DNA from: an uncultured Clostridium sp.
GTDB lineage: Bacteria; Bacillota; Clostridia; TANB77; CAG-508
NCBI GenBank assembly: GCA_900552655.1
Contig: USAE01000002.1
Coordinates: 1-59,020 of the forward strand
DNA length: 59,020 bases
Reading direction: 5' to 3'
Both the position numbers and the translations under genes were made by a program. The notes beneath the pieces are model-generated. The model saw only the letters and a program-made list of their open reading frames with translations. It did no database searches and was not told the origin of the DNA. How positions within the stretch are numbered: position 1 is the first letter of the stretch; each line of letters begins with the position of its first letter. Below, in pieces: positions 1 to 9,911 of this stretch.

Positions 1-19
1 GATAAATATATTTATATTT

Positions 20-1462
20 TTGGGAATGCTAATATTTGCATTCATAGTATGTTCTAATTTTTTAAAAGAACATTACACAAATGATTCTTATTATATAAGT
101 GCCTATGGTTATGACTATTATGTAAGACATTTTTTATTATCTAACAGAATGTTTAGTGCATTATTTTTATTAATTTTTAAATGGCTAGATATACCTTTTT
201 ATAAAGAAATTACTATTATGGCAGTAATACTAACTTTTATCATGGTATTGGCTTGGTTTATATTGTATAAATTTGTTATAAAATTAATGAAAAAAGAAAA
301 ATCAATAATATATAATATTTTAATTGGATTAGCATCTTTTTTAGTTGTATTTAACATGTGTACAGCAGAAGGATTATTATATGTGGAAGTTGGAACAATG
401 CCTTTTGGAATATTATTTGCAATATTGGGAGCATGTATTTTAGCAACAGATAGAAAATTTAAATATGTAATAAGTTTAATTTTAGTTACAATGTCTGGAC
501 TATTTTATCAAGCAACAAGTGCAATGTTTGTTTTATTAGCATTAGTACTAATAGCTATAAAACATAAAGGAAATATAAAAGCAATAATAAAAGATACAAT
601 ATTTATAGCAGTTATTTATGGAATTGCAATGATAGTAAATTTCATAGGAGTCAAAATTTGGGCGAAAATATTAGGTGATGAATTTAGAAAATTTGAAATG
701 CCTTCTATTGTAGCTATTCTTGCAACAATTTTAAAATTTGGCGAAACTATATTAATAGATAATGTTGGAATAGGTCCAAAATATTTTTATTTAGCCTTAA
801 TTGCTATTTTAACAGTAATATTTATAATAGGAATAATTTTAAGAAAAAAAGACTATTTTATGATATTAGAATATGTTACTTTAATAATATTAAGTATTAT
901 TATACCAATAATTCCTATTTTAGCGACACCTGCTACACAATATATAGAACCAAGAATGGCTATGTGTTTTGGTTCGATAATAGGAATATTAATAATATTC
1001 TTATTAGCAGTTGTAGAAATAGACCGAAACAAATACTTATTAATAGCTGTAGCAACTATTACAATTTTTAATTTTATAATAAATTCTGTATTTTTAATAA
1101 CAGCATCATCTGCTACATTAGTAACCAATAGACTAGATCATTTTATTGTAAAAGACATAATACAAGAAATAGAAAAATATGAGACAACTTCAGGAAAAAC
1201 AATAAAGAACGTAGGTGTAGCTTTTGATAAAAAATATACAATGTATTATGAAGGTGAACCAGCATTAAGATGTTATAATGTTAGAAGTATGGGAACAAGC
1301 TGGGCAGTAAAGGAAATTATTTCTACTTTTACAGGAAGAACATTTAAAAATACTAATGTACCACAAGATGTAAAAGAGAAATTTTTACAAAATGATTGGG
1401 ATAGATATAATAAAGAACAGTTAGTTTTCGAAGAAGAAAATTTATATATTTGTATTTATTAA
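20..1462 (+). CDS. Polytopic membrane glycosyltransferase, GtrII/Glucos_trans_II-like (GT-C type); probably 5'-truncated by the window edge
   Basis: 480-aa ORF with many hydrophobic helices. N-terminal motif EHYTNDSYYISAYGYDYY parallels HYATDTYNIMNIGYEKY and HYSADTYNIINVGYEKY of the tandem paralogues at 26381 and 27905. The frame stays open back to base 2. A GtrB-like GT2 follows 12 nt downstream. Confidence 0.6.
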   Translation: MGMLIFAFIVCSNFLKEHYTNDSYYISAYGYDYYVRHFLLSNRMFSALFLLIFKWLDIPFYKEITIMAVILTFIMVLAWFILYKFVIKLMKKEKSIIYNILIGLASFLVVFNMCTAEGLLYVEVGTMPFGILFAILGACILATDRKFKYVISLILVTMSGLFYQATSAMFVLLALVLIAIKHKGNIKAIIKDTIFIAVIYGIAMIVNFIGVKIWAKILGDEFRKFEMPSIVAILATILKFGETILIDNVGIGPKYFYLALIAILTVIFIIGIILRKKDYFMILEYVTLIILSIIIPIIPILATPATQYIEPRMAMCFGSIIGILIIFLLAVVEIDRNKYLLIAVATITIFNFIINSVFLITASSATLVTNRLDHFIVKDIIQEIEKYETTSGKTIKNVGVAFDKKYTMYYEGEPALRCYNVRSMGTSWAVKEIISTFTGRTFKNTNVPQDVKEKFLQNDWDRYNKEQLVFEEENLYICIY

Positions 1463-1474
1463 ATAAAAAAGGTT

Positions 1475-2431
1475 GTGAAAAATGTGAAAACGATAACAAT
1501 AATAGTTCCAGCATATAATGAAGAAGAAGCACTACCATATTTTTTTGATAGAATAAAAAATGTAGTAGACGATATAAAAAACTATAATTTCGAAATTCTT
1601 TTTATAAATGATGGAAGCAAAGATAAAACATTAGAAATTATAAAAAAATATAAAGAAAAAGAAAATAGAATATCATATGTAAATCTTTCTAGAAATTTTG
1701 GAAAAGAAGTTGCTATGATAGCAGGTTTGGATTATGCCAAAGGTGATGCAATAGTATTTATGGATGCAGACTTGCAAGATCCACCAGAACTAATTCCAGA
1801 ACTTATAAAATGGTGGGAAGAAGGATATGATGATGTATATGCAAAGAGAAAAACTAGAGCAGGAGAAACTTGGCTTAAAAAATTCACATCAAAAATGTAT
1901 TATAAAGTATTACAATCATTAACAAATGTTCAAATACAAAAAGACACAGGAGATTTTAGACTTTTAGATAAAAGATGTGTAAATGCCTTAAAAAAGATGA
2001 GAGAAACACAAAGATGTTCTAAGAGTATGTTTAGTTGGATAGGATATAAGAAAAAAGAAGTATTATATGACAGAGATCCAAGAATTGCAGGTAAAACAAA
2101 ATGGAATTACAAAAAATTAATAGACTTAGCAATAGATGGAATAACATCTTTTACAACATCACCGCTAAGAATTTCTACTTATTTGGCGATACCAACTTTT
2201 GGTGCATTAGTAATTTATTTTATATATGTAATATGTAAAATGATATTAATTACTCACAAAATAGATGCGTACCAAGCTATAATACTTTTAATATTATTCT
2301 TCTCAGGAATACAAATATTATTATTTGGAATAATTGGCGAATATTTAGGAAGAATATTTAATGAATCAAAAAATAGACCATTATATTTGGTAGATGAATA
2401 CAATGGAGAAAAAGAAACAAACGAAAATTAA
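1475..2431 (+). CDS. GT2 polyprenyl-phosphate glycosyltransferase (GtrB/CsbB/ArnC type)
   Basis: GTG start. Motifs IIVPAYNEE, INDGSKDKT and DADLQDPPELIPE (DXD), plus two C-terminal TM helices. Clear paralogue of 10875..11816. Confidence 0.85.
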   Translation: MKNVKTITIIVPAYNEEEALPYFFDRIKNVVDDIKNYNFEILFINDGSKDKTLEIIKKYKEKENRISYVNLSRNFGKEVAMIAGLDYAKGDAIVFMDADLQDPPELIPELIKWWEEGYDDVYAKRKTRAGETWLKKFTSKMYYKVLQSLTNVQIQKDTGDFRLLDKRCVNALKKMRETQRCSKSMFSWIGYKKKEVLYDRDPRIAGKTKWNYKKLIDLAIDGITSFTTSPLRISTYLAIPTFGALVIYFIYVICKMILITHKIDAYQAIILLILFFSGIQILLFGIIGEYLGRIFNESKNRPLYLVDEYNGEKETNEN

Positions 2432-2443
2432 AAAATCAATATA

Positions 2444-2485
2444 AAATAGAAATAGTGTAAAATTTATACTATTTCTATTTTTTTC
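2444..2485 (+). terminator. Rho-independent terminator
   Basis: ATAGAAATAGT (2446-2456), an 11-nt loop, ACTATTTCTAT (2468-2478), then a T-run. Confidence 0.75.
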
Positions 2486-2509
2486 GACTAAAAATGAACA
2501 AAACTAAAA

Positions 2510-2538
2510 TTGACACATAAAAAATGTTATAGTAAAAT
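2510..2538 (+). promoter_or_regulatory. SigA-type promoter of the lectin-hydrolase operon
   Basis: TTGACA (2510-2515), a 17-nt spacer, TAAAAT (2533-2538), located about 30 nt upstream of the start codon. Confidence 0.6.
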
Positions 2539-2568
2539 GACGTTAATTTAACAAAAGAGGTGGTTGTT

Positions 2569-4878
2569 ATGAAAAAAAGTATATATAAATTTGGCTTAAT
2601 AATATTGTGTATTATATTGGTAATTATGAGTAATATAAATGTATATGCAAAACAAAAAACAAATATGATAGAAAACAACATAAGTAGTGAAAATGATATA
2701 GAAGATAATGAAGAAGAACTAAGAAAATTAATTTTAAATACTAATAGTAATGAAATAAATGAGAATAATACAATACATGAAGATATTAAAAATAATGTAG
2801 AAACAATTAAGCTATCTAGCAATGGAGTATATAGTTTAGCAGTAGGAGCAGATTCAAATAAAGTAATAGAAGTGGCAGGAAGTAGTCCTGCAAATGGTGC
2901 AAGAGTAGATATATGGAATAATGGAAATGTACCGGCGCAAAAATTTAATATAGAGCTTATAGAAGAAAAGTATTATAAAATAACAGCAAGACATACAGGG
3001 AAAAGTTTAACTGCAAAAAACGGAAAAGTAGAAGAAGGAACCCCAATAGTACAAGAAGACTATAAGGGATTAGATACTCAAAAGTGGATAATAAGAGATA
3101 GTAAGGTAAACGGGCTTGTAATATCTTTATTAGCAAACCCAGAACTTTCTATAACAGTAGAAGGAAGCATAGAAAATGGTACAAATATAATATTAAGCAA
3201 AACCGAAAATAGTGCCAATCAAATGTTATACTTTTTTAATAAAAATGAACAAGAAAGAACAGTAAAGAATGGTGTATATAGTTTAGCAGTAGGAGCAGAT
3301 TCAAACAAAGTAATAGAAGTAGCAGGAAGTAGTACTGCAAATGGTTCAAGAGTAGACATATGGAACAATGGAAATGTACCAGCACAAAAATTTAATGTAG
3401 AATATAAAGAAGGATACTATAAAATAACAGCAAGACATACAGGGAAAAGCTTAACAGCCAAAAACGGGAAAATAGAAGAAGGAACCCAAATAGTACAAGA
3501 AGACTATAAGGGATTAGATACTCAGAAGTGGATAATACAAGATAGCAAAATAAATGGGCTTGTAATATCTTTATTAGCTAATCCAGAACTTTCTATAGCA
3601 GTAGAAGGCAACATAGAAAATGGAGCTGGAATTATCTTAAGTAAAACTCAAAATAATAACAACCAAATGCTATATTTTTTAAGTAAAACTGAACAAGAAA
3701 GAACTGTAACTAATGGAGTATATAGTTTAGCAGTAGGAGCAGATTCAAACAAAGTAATAGAAGTGGCAGGAAGTAGTAAAGAAGACAATGCAAAAGTAGA
3801 TATATGGAATAATGGAAATGTACCAGCACAAAAATTTAATGTAGAATATAAAGAAGGATACTACGAAATAACAGCAAGTCATACAGGAAAGAGCTTAACA
3901 ATTAAGAATGGAAAATTACAAGAGGGAACAGAAATAGTTCAATCAACATATAAAGGATTAGACACTCAAAAATGGATAATACAAGATAGCAAAATAAATG
4001 GTTTAGTAATATCTTCATTAGCTAATCCAGAATTATCTATAACAGTAGAAGGAAAAATAGAAAATGGATCAAAAATAGTATTAGCTAAAACACAAAATAA
4101 TGATAACCAAATGTTTTATTTCTTTGATGCGTTAAATAAAAACATAAAAGAAGGATTATATGGTAAATCTGGTTTAATGTATAAAGGTGAAAAAGGAAAC
4201 TATTTAAAATATTATCAAATAGGAAATGGAAAAAAGCATTTGTTTACAACATTTTCTGTACATGGATTTGAAGACTCTTATAATAAAGACGGTTCAGAAT
4301 TAACTTACATTGCAGATGAATTTTTTAAATATTTAAAAAATAACATGAGTGCAAAATTGATAAATGAATGGACAATATACATATTGCCAGTTGTAAACCC
4401 AGATGGTCAATATGATGGATGGACACATAATGGACCAGGACGTACAACAGTATATAGTTGGGCGCCAGAACATAAAGGAATAGACATTAACAGATGTTTT
4501 CCAGTAGGTTATACAAAAACAAGTTCAGACAGAAATTATAATGGAACAGAACCATTACAAGCATACGAAGCACAATCATTAAGAGATTTTATTTTATCAA
4601 ACAAAGGAGATACAAATATTATTTTAGATGTACATGGTTGGCTAAATGAAACAATAGGAGATAATGAATTAGGAAAATATTATAGAAACGAAATGGGAAT
4701 AAATAAACATATAGGCACTTATGGAAATGGATATTTAATACAATGGGCAAGAACAATACCTAATACTAAATCATTATTACTAGAATTACCAGAAGTAAAT
4801 AGTCACGAAGAACTAGTAAAGATGAAATTAGACCAAAAATTTATTAATGCAACAATGAAAATATTAGAAGATTATTAA
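2569..4878 (+). CDS. Secreted cell-wall peptidase: signal peptide, 3 ricin-B-lectin (beta-trefoil) modules, C-terminal M14 zinc-carboxypeptidase-like domain
   Basis: RBS AAGAGGTGG 5 nt before ATG 2569 (the track ORF starts at 2560). Hydrophobic N-terminus ending VYA/KQ. Three ~148-aa repeats carrying AQKF / TQKW / NQM(L/F)YF sub-repeats (QxW-like). C-terminal motifs VHGFED (HxxE), VVNPDG, INRCFP, GTEPLQAYEAQ, DVHGW, LLLELP. Confidence 0.8.
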   Translation: MKKSIYKFGLIILCIILVIMSNINVYAKQKTNMIENNISSENDIEDNEEELRKLILNTNSNEINENNTIHEDIKNNVETIKLSSNGVYSLAVGADSNKVIEVAGSSPANGARVDIWNNGNVPAQKFNIELIEEKYYKITARHTGKSLTAKNGKVEEGTPIVQEDYKGLDTQKWIIRDSKVNGLVISLLANPELSITVEGSIENGTNIILSKTENSANQMLYFFNKNEQERTVKNGVYSLAVGADSNKVIEVAGSSTANGSRVDIWNNGNVPAQKFNVEYKEGYYKITARHTGKSLTAKNGKIEEGTQIVQEDYKGLDTQKWIIQDSKINGLVISLLANPELSIAVEGNIENGAGIILSKTQNNNNQMLYFLSKTEQERTVTNGVYSLAVGADSNKVIEVAGSSKEDNAKVDIWNNGNVPAQKFNVEYKEGYYEITASHTGKSLTIKNGKLQEGTEIVQSTYKGLDTQKWIIQDSKINGLVISSLANPELSITVEGKIENGSKIVLAKTQNNDNQMFYFFDALNKNIKEGLYGKSGLMYKGEKGNYLKYYQIGNGKKHLFTTFSVHGFEDSYNKDGSELTYIADEFFKYLKNNMSAKLINEWTIYILPVVNPDGQYDGWTHNGPGRTTVYSWAPEHKGIDINRCFPVGYTKTSSDRNYNGTEPLQAYEAQSLRDFILSNKGDTNIILDVHGWLNETIGDNELGKYYRNEMGINKHIGTYGNGYLIQWARTIPNTKSLLLELPEVNSHEELVKMKLDQKFINATMKILEDY
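2821..4130 (+). repeat. Three tandem ~444-447-bp coding repeats (ricin-lectin modules), near-identical at the DNA level
   Basis: Units start at 2821, 3268 and 3712 with AATGG(A/T)GTATATAGTTTAGCAGTAGGAGCAGATTCAAA... Confidence 0.9.
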
Positions 4879-4922
4879 ATAATAATATATATATTCGGAT
4901 AATATAATTAGGAGAGGTAAAT

Positions 4923-7900
4923 ATGAAAAACAAGAGAATAATATTAATTTTAGTAATAATGTTTACTATATTAAATTTAGTAGGTGTAAATATATATGCA
5001 GAGTCAAATAATATAATAGAAGATCAAAATAACCTATTAGAAGAAAATATATTAAATAATAATATTATGCAAGAAGCAAATAATGTAAATGAAACAACAG
5101 TAGATAATACTATAGAATCAGAAGAGGAAAAAGATACAACTATAGAGAGTGAAGAAATTACAGAAGATACAACAACACAAGAAGAAGTAGAAAGCGACAT
5201 AGTACAAGAATACATTAATGAAAAAACAGTAAAGAATGGAGTTTATAGGTTTGCTTCATGTTTAGATTCAAATAAGGTAATAGAAGTAGCAGGAAGTAGT
5301 AAAGAAGATAATGCTGTAATAGATATATGGAACTATGGAAATGTACCAGCACAAAAATTTAATGTACAATATGAAAATGGATATTATAAAATAACAGCAA
5401 GACATAGTGGTAAAAGCCTAGCAGTAAAAGATGGAATAATTAAAGAAGGAAGCCAAATAGTTCAAGAAACATACAAAGGACTAGATTCACAAAAATGGAC
5501 TATAAGAGATAGTAAAATAAATGGATTAATAATTTCACCATTATCCAATCCAGACTTATTAATAACAGTAAAAGGAAATGTTTTAAATGGAGCAAAAATT
5601 GTTTTAGGAAAAGCAGAAAAAAATAATAACCAAATGTTTTATTTCTTTAACGAAAATGAAGCTGAAAGAACTGTAAAAAACGGTGTATATAAATTGGCTA
5701 TAGGTGCAGATTCTAGCAAAGTAATAGAAGTAGCAGGAAGCAGTAAAGAAGATAATTCTATAGTAGATATATGGAACTATGGTAATGTACCAGCACAAAA
5801 ATTTAATGTACAATATGAAGATGGATATTATAAGATAACAGCAAGACATACAGGAAAAAGTTTAACTATTAAAAATGGAACAGTACAAGAAGGAACAGAA
5901 ATAGTACAGTCAACATATGAAGGATTAGATACACAAAAATGGATAATAAAAGATAGTAGAATAAATGGACTAGTAATATCATCACTAGCTAATCCAGAAT
6001 TAGCAATAACTGTATCAGGAAATATAGAAAATGGTTCTAAAATAGTATTAGGAAAAAATAATAATAGTAATAACCAAATGATTTACTTTTTAAATGAAAG
6101 TAATTCAGAAAAAACAGTATCAAATGGAAAATACCAACTGTTAATTGGGGCAAGCCAAGAAAAATCTATAGAAGTAGCAGGAAGCAGTAAGGAAGATAAT
6201 GCAAAAGTAGATATATGGGACTATGGGCATGTAGCGGCTCAACAATTTAATATAGAATATGTAGAAGAAGGATACTATAAAATAACAGCAAGTCACACAG
6301 GTAAAAGTTTAACTGCTAAAAATGGAACAGTACAAGAAGGAACAGAAATAGTACAATCAACATATGCTGGGTTAGACACGCAAAAGTGGTTAATAAAAGA
6401 TAGTGGCATAAATGGTCTTACAATATCTTCAATGGTGAAGCCAAACTTAGCATTTACTATAGACGGAAAAATAAATAATGGTGATAAAATCGTTTTAAAG
6501 AATTTAGAAAAAAACAATAATCAAATGTTTTATTTTATTAAAACAGTAGAAACAAAACAAACGGTTAAAAATAATCTTTATAAAATATTAGTAGGAGCAA
6601 ATGCAAATAAATCTATAGAAGTAGCAGGAAGTAGTATAGAAAACAATGCAAAAATGGATATATGGGATTTTGGAAATTCAAGAGCACAGAAATTTAAGGT
6701 AGAATATGTTGATGGTTATTACAAAATAATAGCATCACATAGTAATAAAAGTTTAACTGTTAAAGAAAATAAAATTCAAAATGGAATAGAGATAGTGCAA
6801 GATGATTATAGAGGAGATTTTAGCCAAAAATGGACCATAAGAGATAGCAAAATAAATGGACTAATTATATCACCTTTAACAAGACCAGATTTAGCAATAA
6901 CTATAGAAAACAGAATTGAAAATGGTTCTAAGCTTATATTAACATCTTTACAAAAAAATGATAGACAAATGTTCTACTTTTATACTACAAATATAGGAAT
7001 TAATATAGATTCTAATAAATATCCTGGAGTAGCAGAGGCAGTAGATAATTTGACAAGCAAACATCCAAATTGGGAATTTGAAGTGTTATATACAGGTCTA
7101 GACTTTTACACCGCAGTTCAGGGAGAATACGAATATGATAATAGAAAAGCAAATTTAGTATATACTCCAACATATAAAGGGGATTGGATTGCGCCAAACC
7201 CATATGTTAGTGGAACTTGGGCATCAGCTTCATATAATGGAATTGCATATTTTATGGACCCAAGAAACTTTTTAAATGAAGTAGATGCTTTCCAATTTGT
7301 AGATTTAGCAGATTATGCAAACAGTGGTGCAACATTGGCATCTATACAATACCAAGTAAATGGAACTTTTTTAAATAACTTTGCAGAAGATGTTAGAGTT
7401 TCATGTGAAAGACAAAATGTAAACCCTTACTATATAATCGCAAGATTATTCCAAGAACAAGGAAAAGATGGTTCTGCTACAATTTATATGGATGGTGGAG
7501 ATGGAAAATTATATTTTAATCCATTTAATATAGGTGCAGTAGTTGGAAATGATGTTGCAACAGCCTTAGCTAAAGCTAAAGCTATGGGATGGGATAGCAT
7601 GCAAAAAGGTATAGAAGGCGGAATAAAATTTGTAAAAGAAGGATATCTAGATGCAAAACAAAATACACTATATTTAAATAAGTTTGATGTAAATCCAAAT
7701 AGTCCAGGTGGCTTCTATACACATCAATATATGCAAAACTTATCTGCAGCATATAGTGAAGCGCGTATATTTAGAGGAGCATATGTAGATACAGGAACAT
7801 TAGATAATAAAATTAAATTTATTATACCAGTATATGAAAATATGCCTCAAACACCAGCACCTAAGCCAACAGGAGAAGGTGGTTCAACAGAACCAGATGG

Positions 7901-8351
7901 ACCAACAATAACAGACAAAGGACCTATGAGTGTTAAAGTTTTTGATGTAAGCACAACATTAAAAATAAGAACAGGACCAGGAGCTAAATATGGTGAAATA
8001 GAAAGAGTAACTAACGGAACTGTTTTATTATCAATAGAAAGATTATCTAATGGATGGCAGAAAGTAATAACTCCATCTGGCAATGTAGGATATGCTTCAG
8101 GAAGTTATTTACAATTTATAAATGACGTTTCAAATTGTAATGAGAAAATTAAGATAACGACATCTTCTAGTGTAAATATTAGAATTGGCCCAGGGCAAAG
8201 TTATGAAAGTATAAAACAAGTAAGAAATGGAACAACTGGTGTCAGAATACTAAAAGACACATATTATGCAGACGGATTTTGTTGGGATTTAGTTATTTTA
8301 GACGACGGAACAAAAGGATTTGTTGCCTCAAAATATTTAACAGTAATTTAG
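4923..8351 (+). CDS. Secreted cell-wall glycosidase: signal peptide, acidic linker, 4 ricin-B-lectin modules, GH73-like N-acetylglucosaminidase, 2 SH3b domains
   Basis: Signal peptide ending NIYA/ES, then an E/T-rich linker. Four lectin repeats homologous to those of the upstream gene. Motifs YFMDPRNFL, IIARLFQEQGKDGS, YFNPFNIGA and YTHQYMQNL are typical of glucosaminidase (GH73) autolysins. The tail KIRTGPGAKYG..GWQKV and NIRIGPGQSY..GFVASKYL indicates two SH3b domains. Confidence 0.8.
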   Translation: MKNKRIILILVIMFTILNLVGVNIYAESNNIIEDQNNLLEENILNNNIMQEANNVNETTVDNTIESEEEKDTTIESEEITEDTTTQEEVESDIVQEYINEKTVKNGVYRFASCLDSNKVIEVAGSSKEDNAVIDIWNYGNVPAQKFNVQYENGYYKITARHSGKSLAVKDGIIKEGSQIVQETYKGLDSQKWTIRDSKINGLIISPLSNPDLLITVKGNVLNGAKIVLGKAEKNNNQMFYFFNENEAERTVKNGVYKLAIGADSSKVIEVAGSSKEDNSIVDIWNYGNVPAQKFNVQYEDGYYKITARHTGKSLTIKNGTVQEGTEIVQSTYEGLDTQKWIIKDSRINGLVISSLANPELAITVSGNIENGSKIVLGKNNNSNNQMIYFLNESNSEKTVSNGKYQLLIGASQEKSIEVAGSSKEDNAKVDIWDYGHVAAQQFNIEYVEEGYYKITASHTGKSLTAKNGTVQEGTEIVQSTYAGLDTQKWLIKDSGINGLTISSMVKPNLAFTIDGKINNGDKIVLKNLEKNNNQMFYFIKTVETKQTVKNNLYKILVGANANKSIEVAGSSIENNAKMDIWDFGNSRAQKFKVEYVDGYYKIIASHSNKSLTVKENKIQNGIEIVQDDYRGDFSQKWTIRDSKINGLIISPLTRPDLAITIENRIENGSKLILTSLQKNDRQMFYFYTTNIGINIDSNKYPGVAEAVDNLTSKHPNWEFEVLYTGLDFYTAVQGEYEYDNRKANLVYTPTYKGDWIAPNPYVSGTWASASYNGIAYFMDPRNFLNEVDAFQFVDLADYANSGATLASIQYQVNGTFLNNFAEDVRVSCERQNVNPYYIIARLFQEQGKDGSATIYMDGGDGKLYFNPFNIGAVVGNDVATALAKAKAMGWDSMQKGIEGGIKFVKEGYLDAKQNTLYLNKFDVNPNSPGGFYTHQYMQNLSAAYSEARIFRGAYVDTGTLDNKIKFIIPVYENMPQTPAPKPTGEGGSTEPDGPTITDKGPMSVKVFDVSTTLKIRTGPGAKYGEIERVTNGTVLLSIERLSNGWQKVITPSGNVGYASGSYLQFINDVSNCNEKIKITTSSSVNIRIGPGQSYESIKQVRNGTTGVRILKDTYYADGFCWDLVILDDGTKGFVASKYLTVI
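5235..7000 (+). repeat. Four tandem ~444-bp coding repeats (ricin-lectin modules), more diverged than those in the upstream gene
   Basis: Units begin near 5235, 5679, 6123 and 6570. Each contains ATAGAAGTAGCAGGAAG(T/C)AGT (IEVAGSS). Confidence 0.85.
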
Positions 8352-8415
8352 AAAGGAGAATGGTAAATTAATATTAAAATTGATTTACCATTTCTTTAAT
8401 AAAGGAGGAAAAACA

Positions 8416-9006
8416 GTGAAAATCAGAATATGTATACTTAGTGTGCTTTTAGTATTTATTATAGGTTCTTTTAATATAGCATTAGCAGAAACAGGAAGAC
8501 TTGTAGATATTCCAGTACCTCCAGAAAGTTCTGGATATACAGACTTTACAGAAGAAGAGGCTAAAGAAAAGGCAGAAGAATTCGAAAAAAATAAAAATGA
8601 TCTTACAACTGCACAAGATTATGTAGGGAAATCAAGTAACAATTATTTAAAAATGCTTAAAGTTGAAGGATATGAATTAACACCAGAATTTAATAGGCAA
8701 AACGACTCGTACACAATTTATGTAAAAGATGATAGTATAAATAATTTTAATGTTATTGCAGAAACTGACAACGAAAAAGCAAGAGTAGAAGGAATAGGAA
8801 ATATAAACATTTCTAGTAACGATAGAAAAATTAATGTAAAAGTAACAGCAGAAAATGGTAATATAAATATGTATACAATTAATGTAGAAAATGAATCCAA
8901 TAAGCCAAAAGACCAAAAAGGCAATATATTAATTAGTTTTATAATTATAATAGTTGTAGCCACAATAGTGATATCAATAATTTTTGTAAGGAAGAAAAAA
9001 GACTAG
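8416..9006 (+). CDS. Membrane-anchored protein with cadherin-like beta-sandwich domain
   Basis: GGAGG RBS then GTG 8416 (the track ORF starts at 8380). Signal peptide. YLKMLKVEGYELTPEFNRQNDSYTIYV...INVKVTAENGNINMYTINV fits the cadherin-like beta-sandwich pattern. C-terminal TM helix followed by RKKKD. Confidence 0.6.
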   Translation: MKIRICILSVLLVFIIGSFNIALAETGRLVDIPVPPESSGYTDFTEEEAKEKAEEFEKNKNDLTTAQDYVGKSSNNYLKMLKVEGYELTPEFNRQNDSYTIYVKDDSINNFNVIAETDNEKARVEGIGNINISSNDRKINVKVTAENGNINMYTINVENESNKPKDQKGNILISFIIIIVVATIVISIIFVRKKKD

Positions 9007-9032
9007 AAAGAATTGTTTATAAGGAGAAAAAA

Positions 9033-9797
9033 ATGCAAAAAAAATATTATATAATTATTGCAGTAATTTTAATAATTATTATATTACTTTTTGTTTTTAT
9101 AAATAGTAAAGATGAGAAAAATATAATAAATAATATTGAAAATAATAATATAGAAAATATTTCGAATTTAGAAAAAAACGAAATAAAGAATATAATAGAA
9201 CAAGTATCAGAAGATGAACTAAAAGATATAAAAGAATTTCAAAACAGTATATCTTCGGTAGGAAACCCCAATATTTATAAGATAGAAGAAGAACATGATG
9301 GAAGAAAAATATTACAAATAAAACCAGAAGTGCAGTATGTAGTAGCTTTAGCTGGAATAGTAAAAAATGATATTCCAACAGAAGAGGAAGTTTACACTTT
9401 ATTAGAACAAGCACCAAGACATAATGGCATTTGGATAGAGAAAAATTCTAGAGAAGACTTTATGGTCTTACTACAAGAAAATAATATTAACAATTTTAGC
9501 ATAAATAAAAATGGATATTTAGAAAGCAATAAGAAAGATATACAAACAGAACAAGAAAAACAATTAAAAGAAATGATAGACTCAAACAAATTGTATATAA
9601 TAGATATGTCTGGAAAAACATATCAAAGAGATTATTTAACAGGTGAAATTGTAGAATATCCATTCGAAGATATGGATCCATACCAAACAATAGAGCCATA
9701 TAAAATAGAAAATAGTGCTATATTAGCGATAACCTCTAATAAAGAGAATAAGTTAGAGCAAAAAGAAATATTAGATGCAATTTTACAAAATAGGTAA
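9033..9797 (+). CDS. N-terminally membrane-anchored hypothetical protein
   Basis: 254-aa ORF with RBS AAGGAGAA and one N-terminal TM helix. No motif recognised. Last gene before the terminator of the hydrolase operon. Confidence 0.5.
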   Translation: MQKKYYIIIAVILIIIILLFVFINSKDEKNIINNIENNNIENISNLEKNEIKNIIEQVSEDELKDIKEFQNSISSVGNPNIYKIEEEHDGRKILQIKPEVQYVVALAGIVKNDIPTEEEVYTLLEQAPRHNGIWIEKNSREDFMVLLQENNINNFSINKNGYLESNKKDIQTEQEKQLKEMIDSNKLYIIDMSGKTYQRDYLTGEIVEYPFEDMDPYQTIEPYKIENSAILAITSNKENKLEQKEILDAILQNR

Positions 9798-9802
9798 GAA
9801 TA

Positions 9803-9850
9803 AAATTAAGCTATTATTTATTATAAAATATTAGCTTAATTTATTTTTTT
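9803..9850 (+). terminator. Rho-independent terminator
   Basis: AAATTAAGCTA (9803-9813), a loop, TAGCTTAATTT (9832-9842), then ATTTTTTT. Confidence 0.7.
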
Positions 9851-9911
9851 CTTGTAAAAGTTGCTATATAATGGTAAGATATAAGCAAATTAATAATAGT
9901 AGGTGAAAAAT

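Noticed and set aside
2821-7000. Regularly spaced ~444-bp repeats that could suggest a satellite or CRISPR-like array.
   Set aside because: The units are far too long, are contiguous without spacers, and translate in frame into ricin-lectin modules of two proteins.
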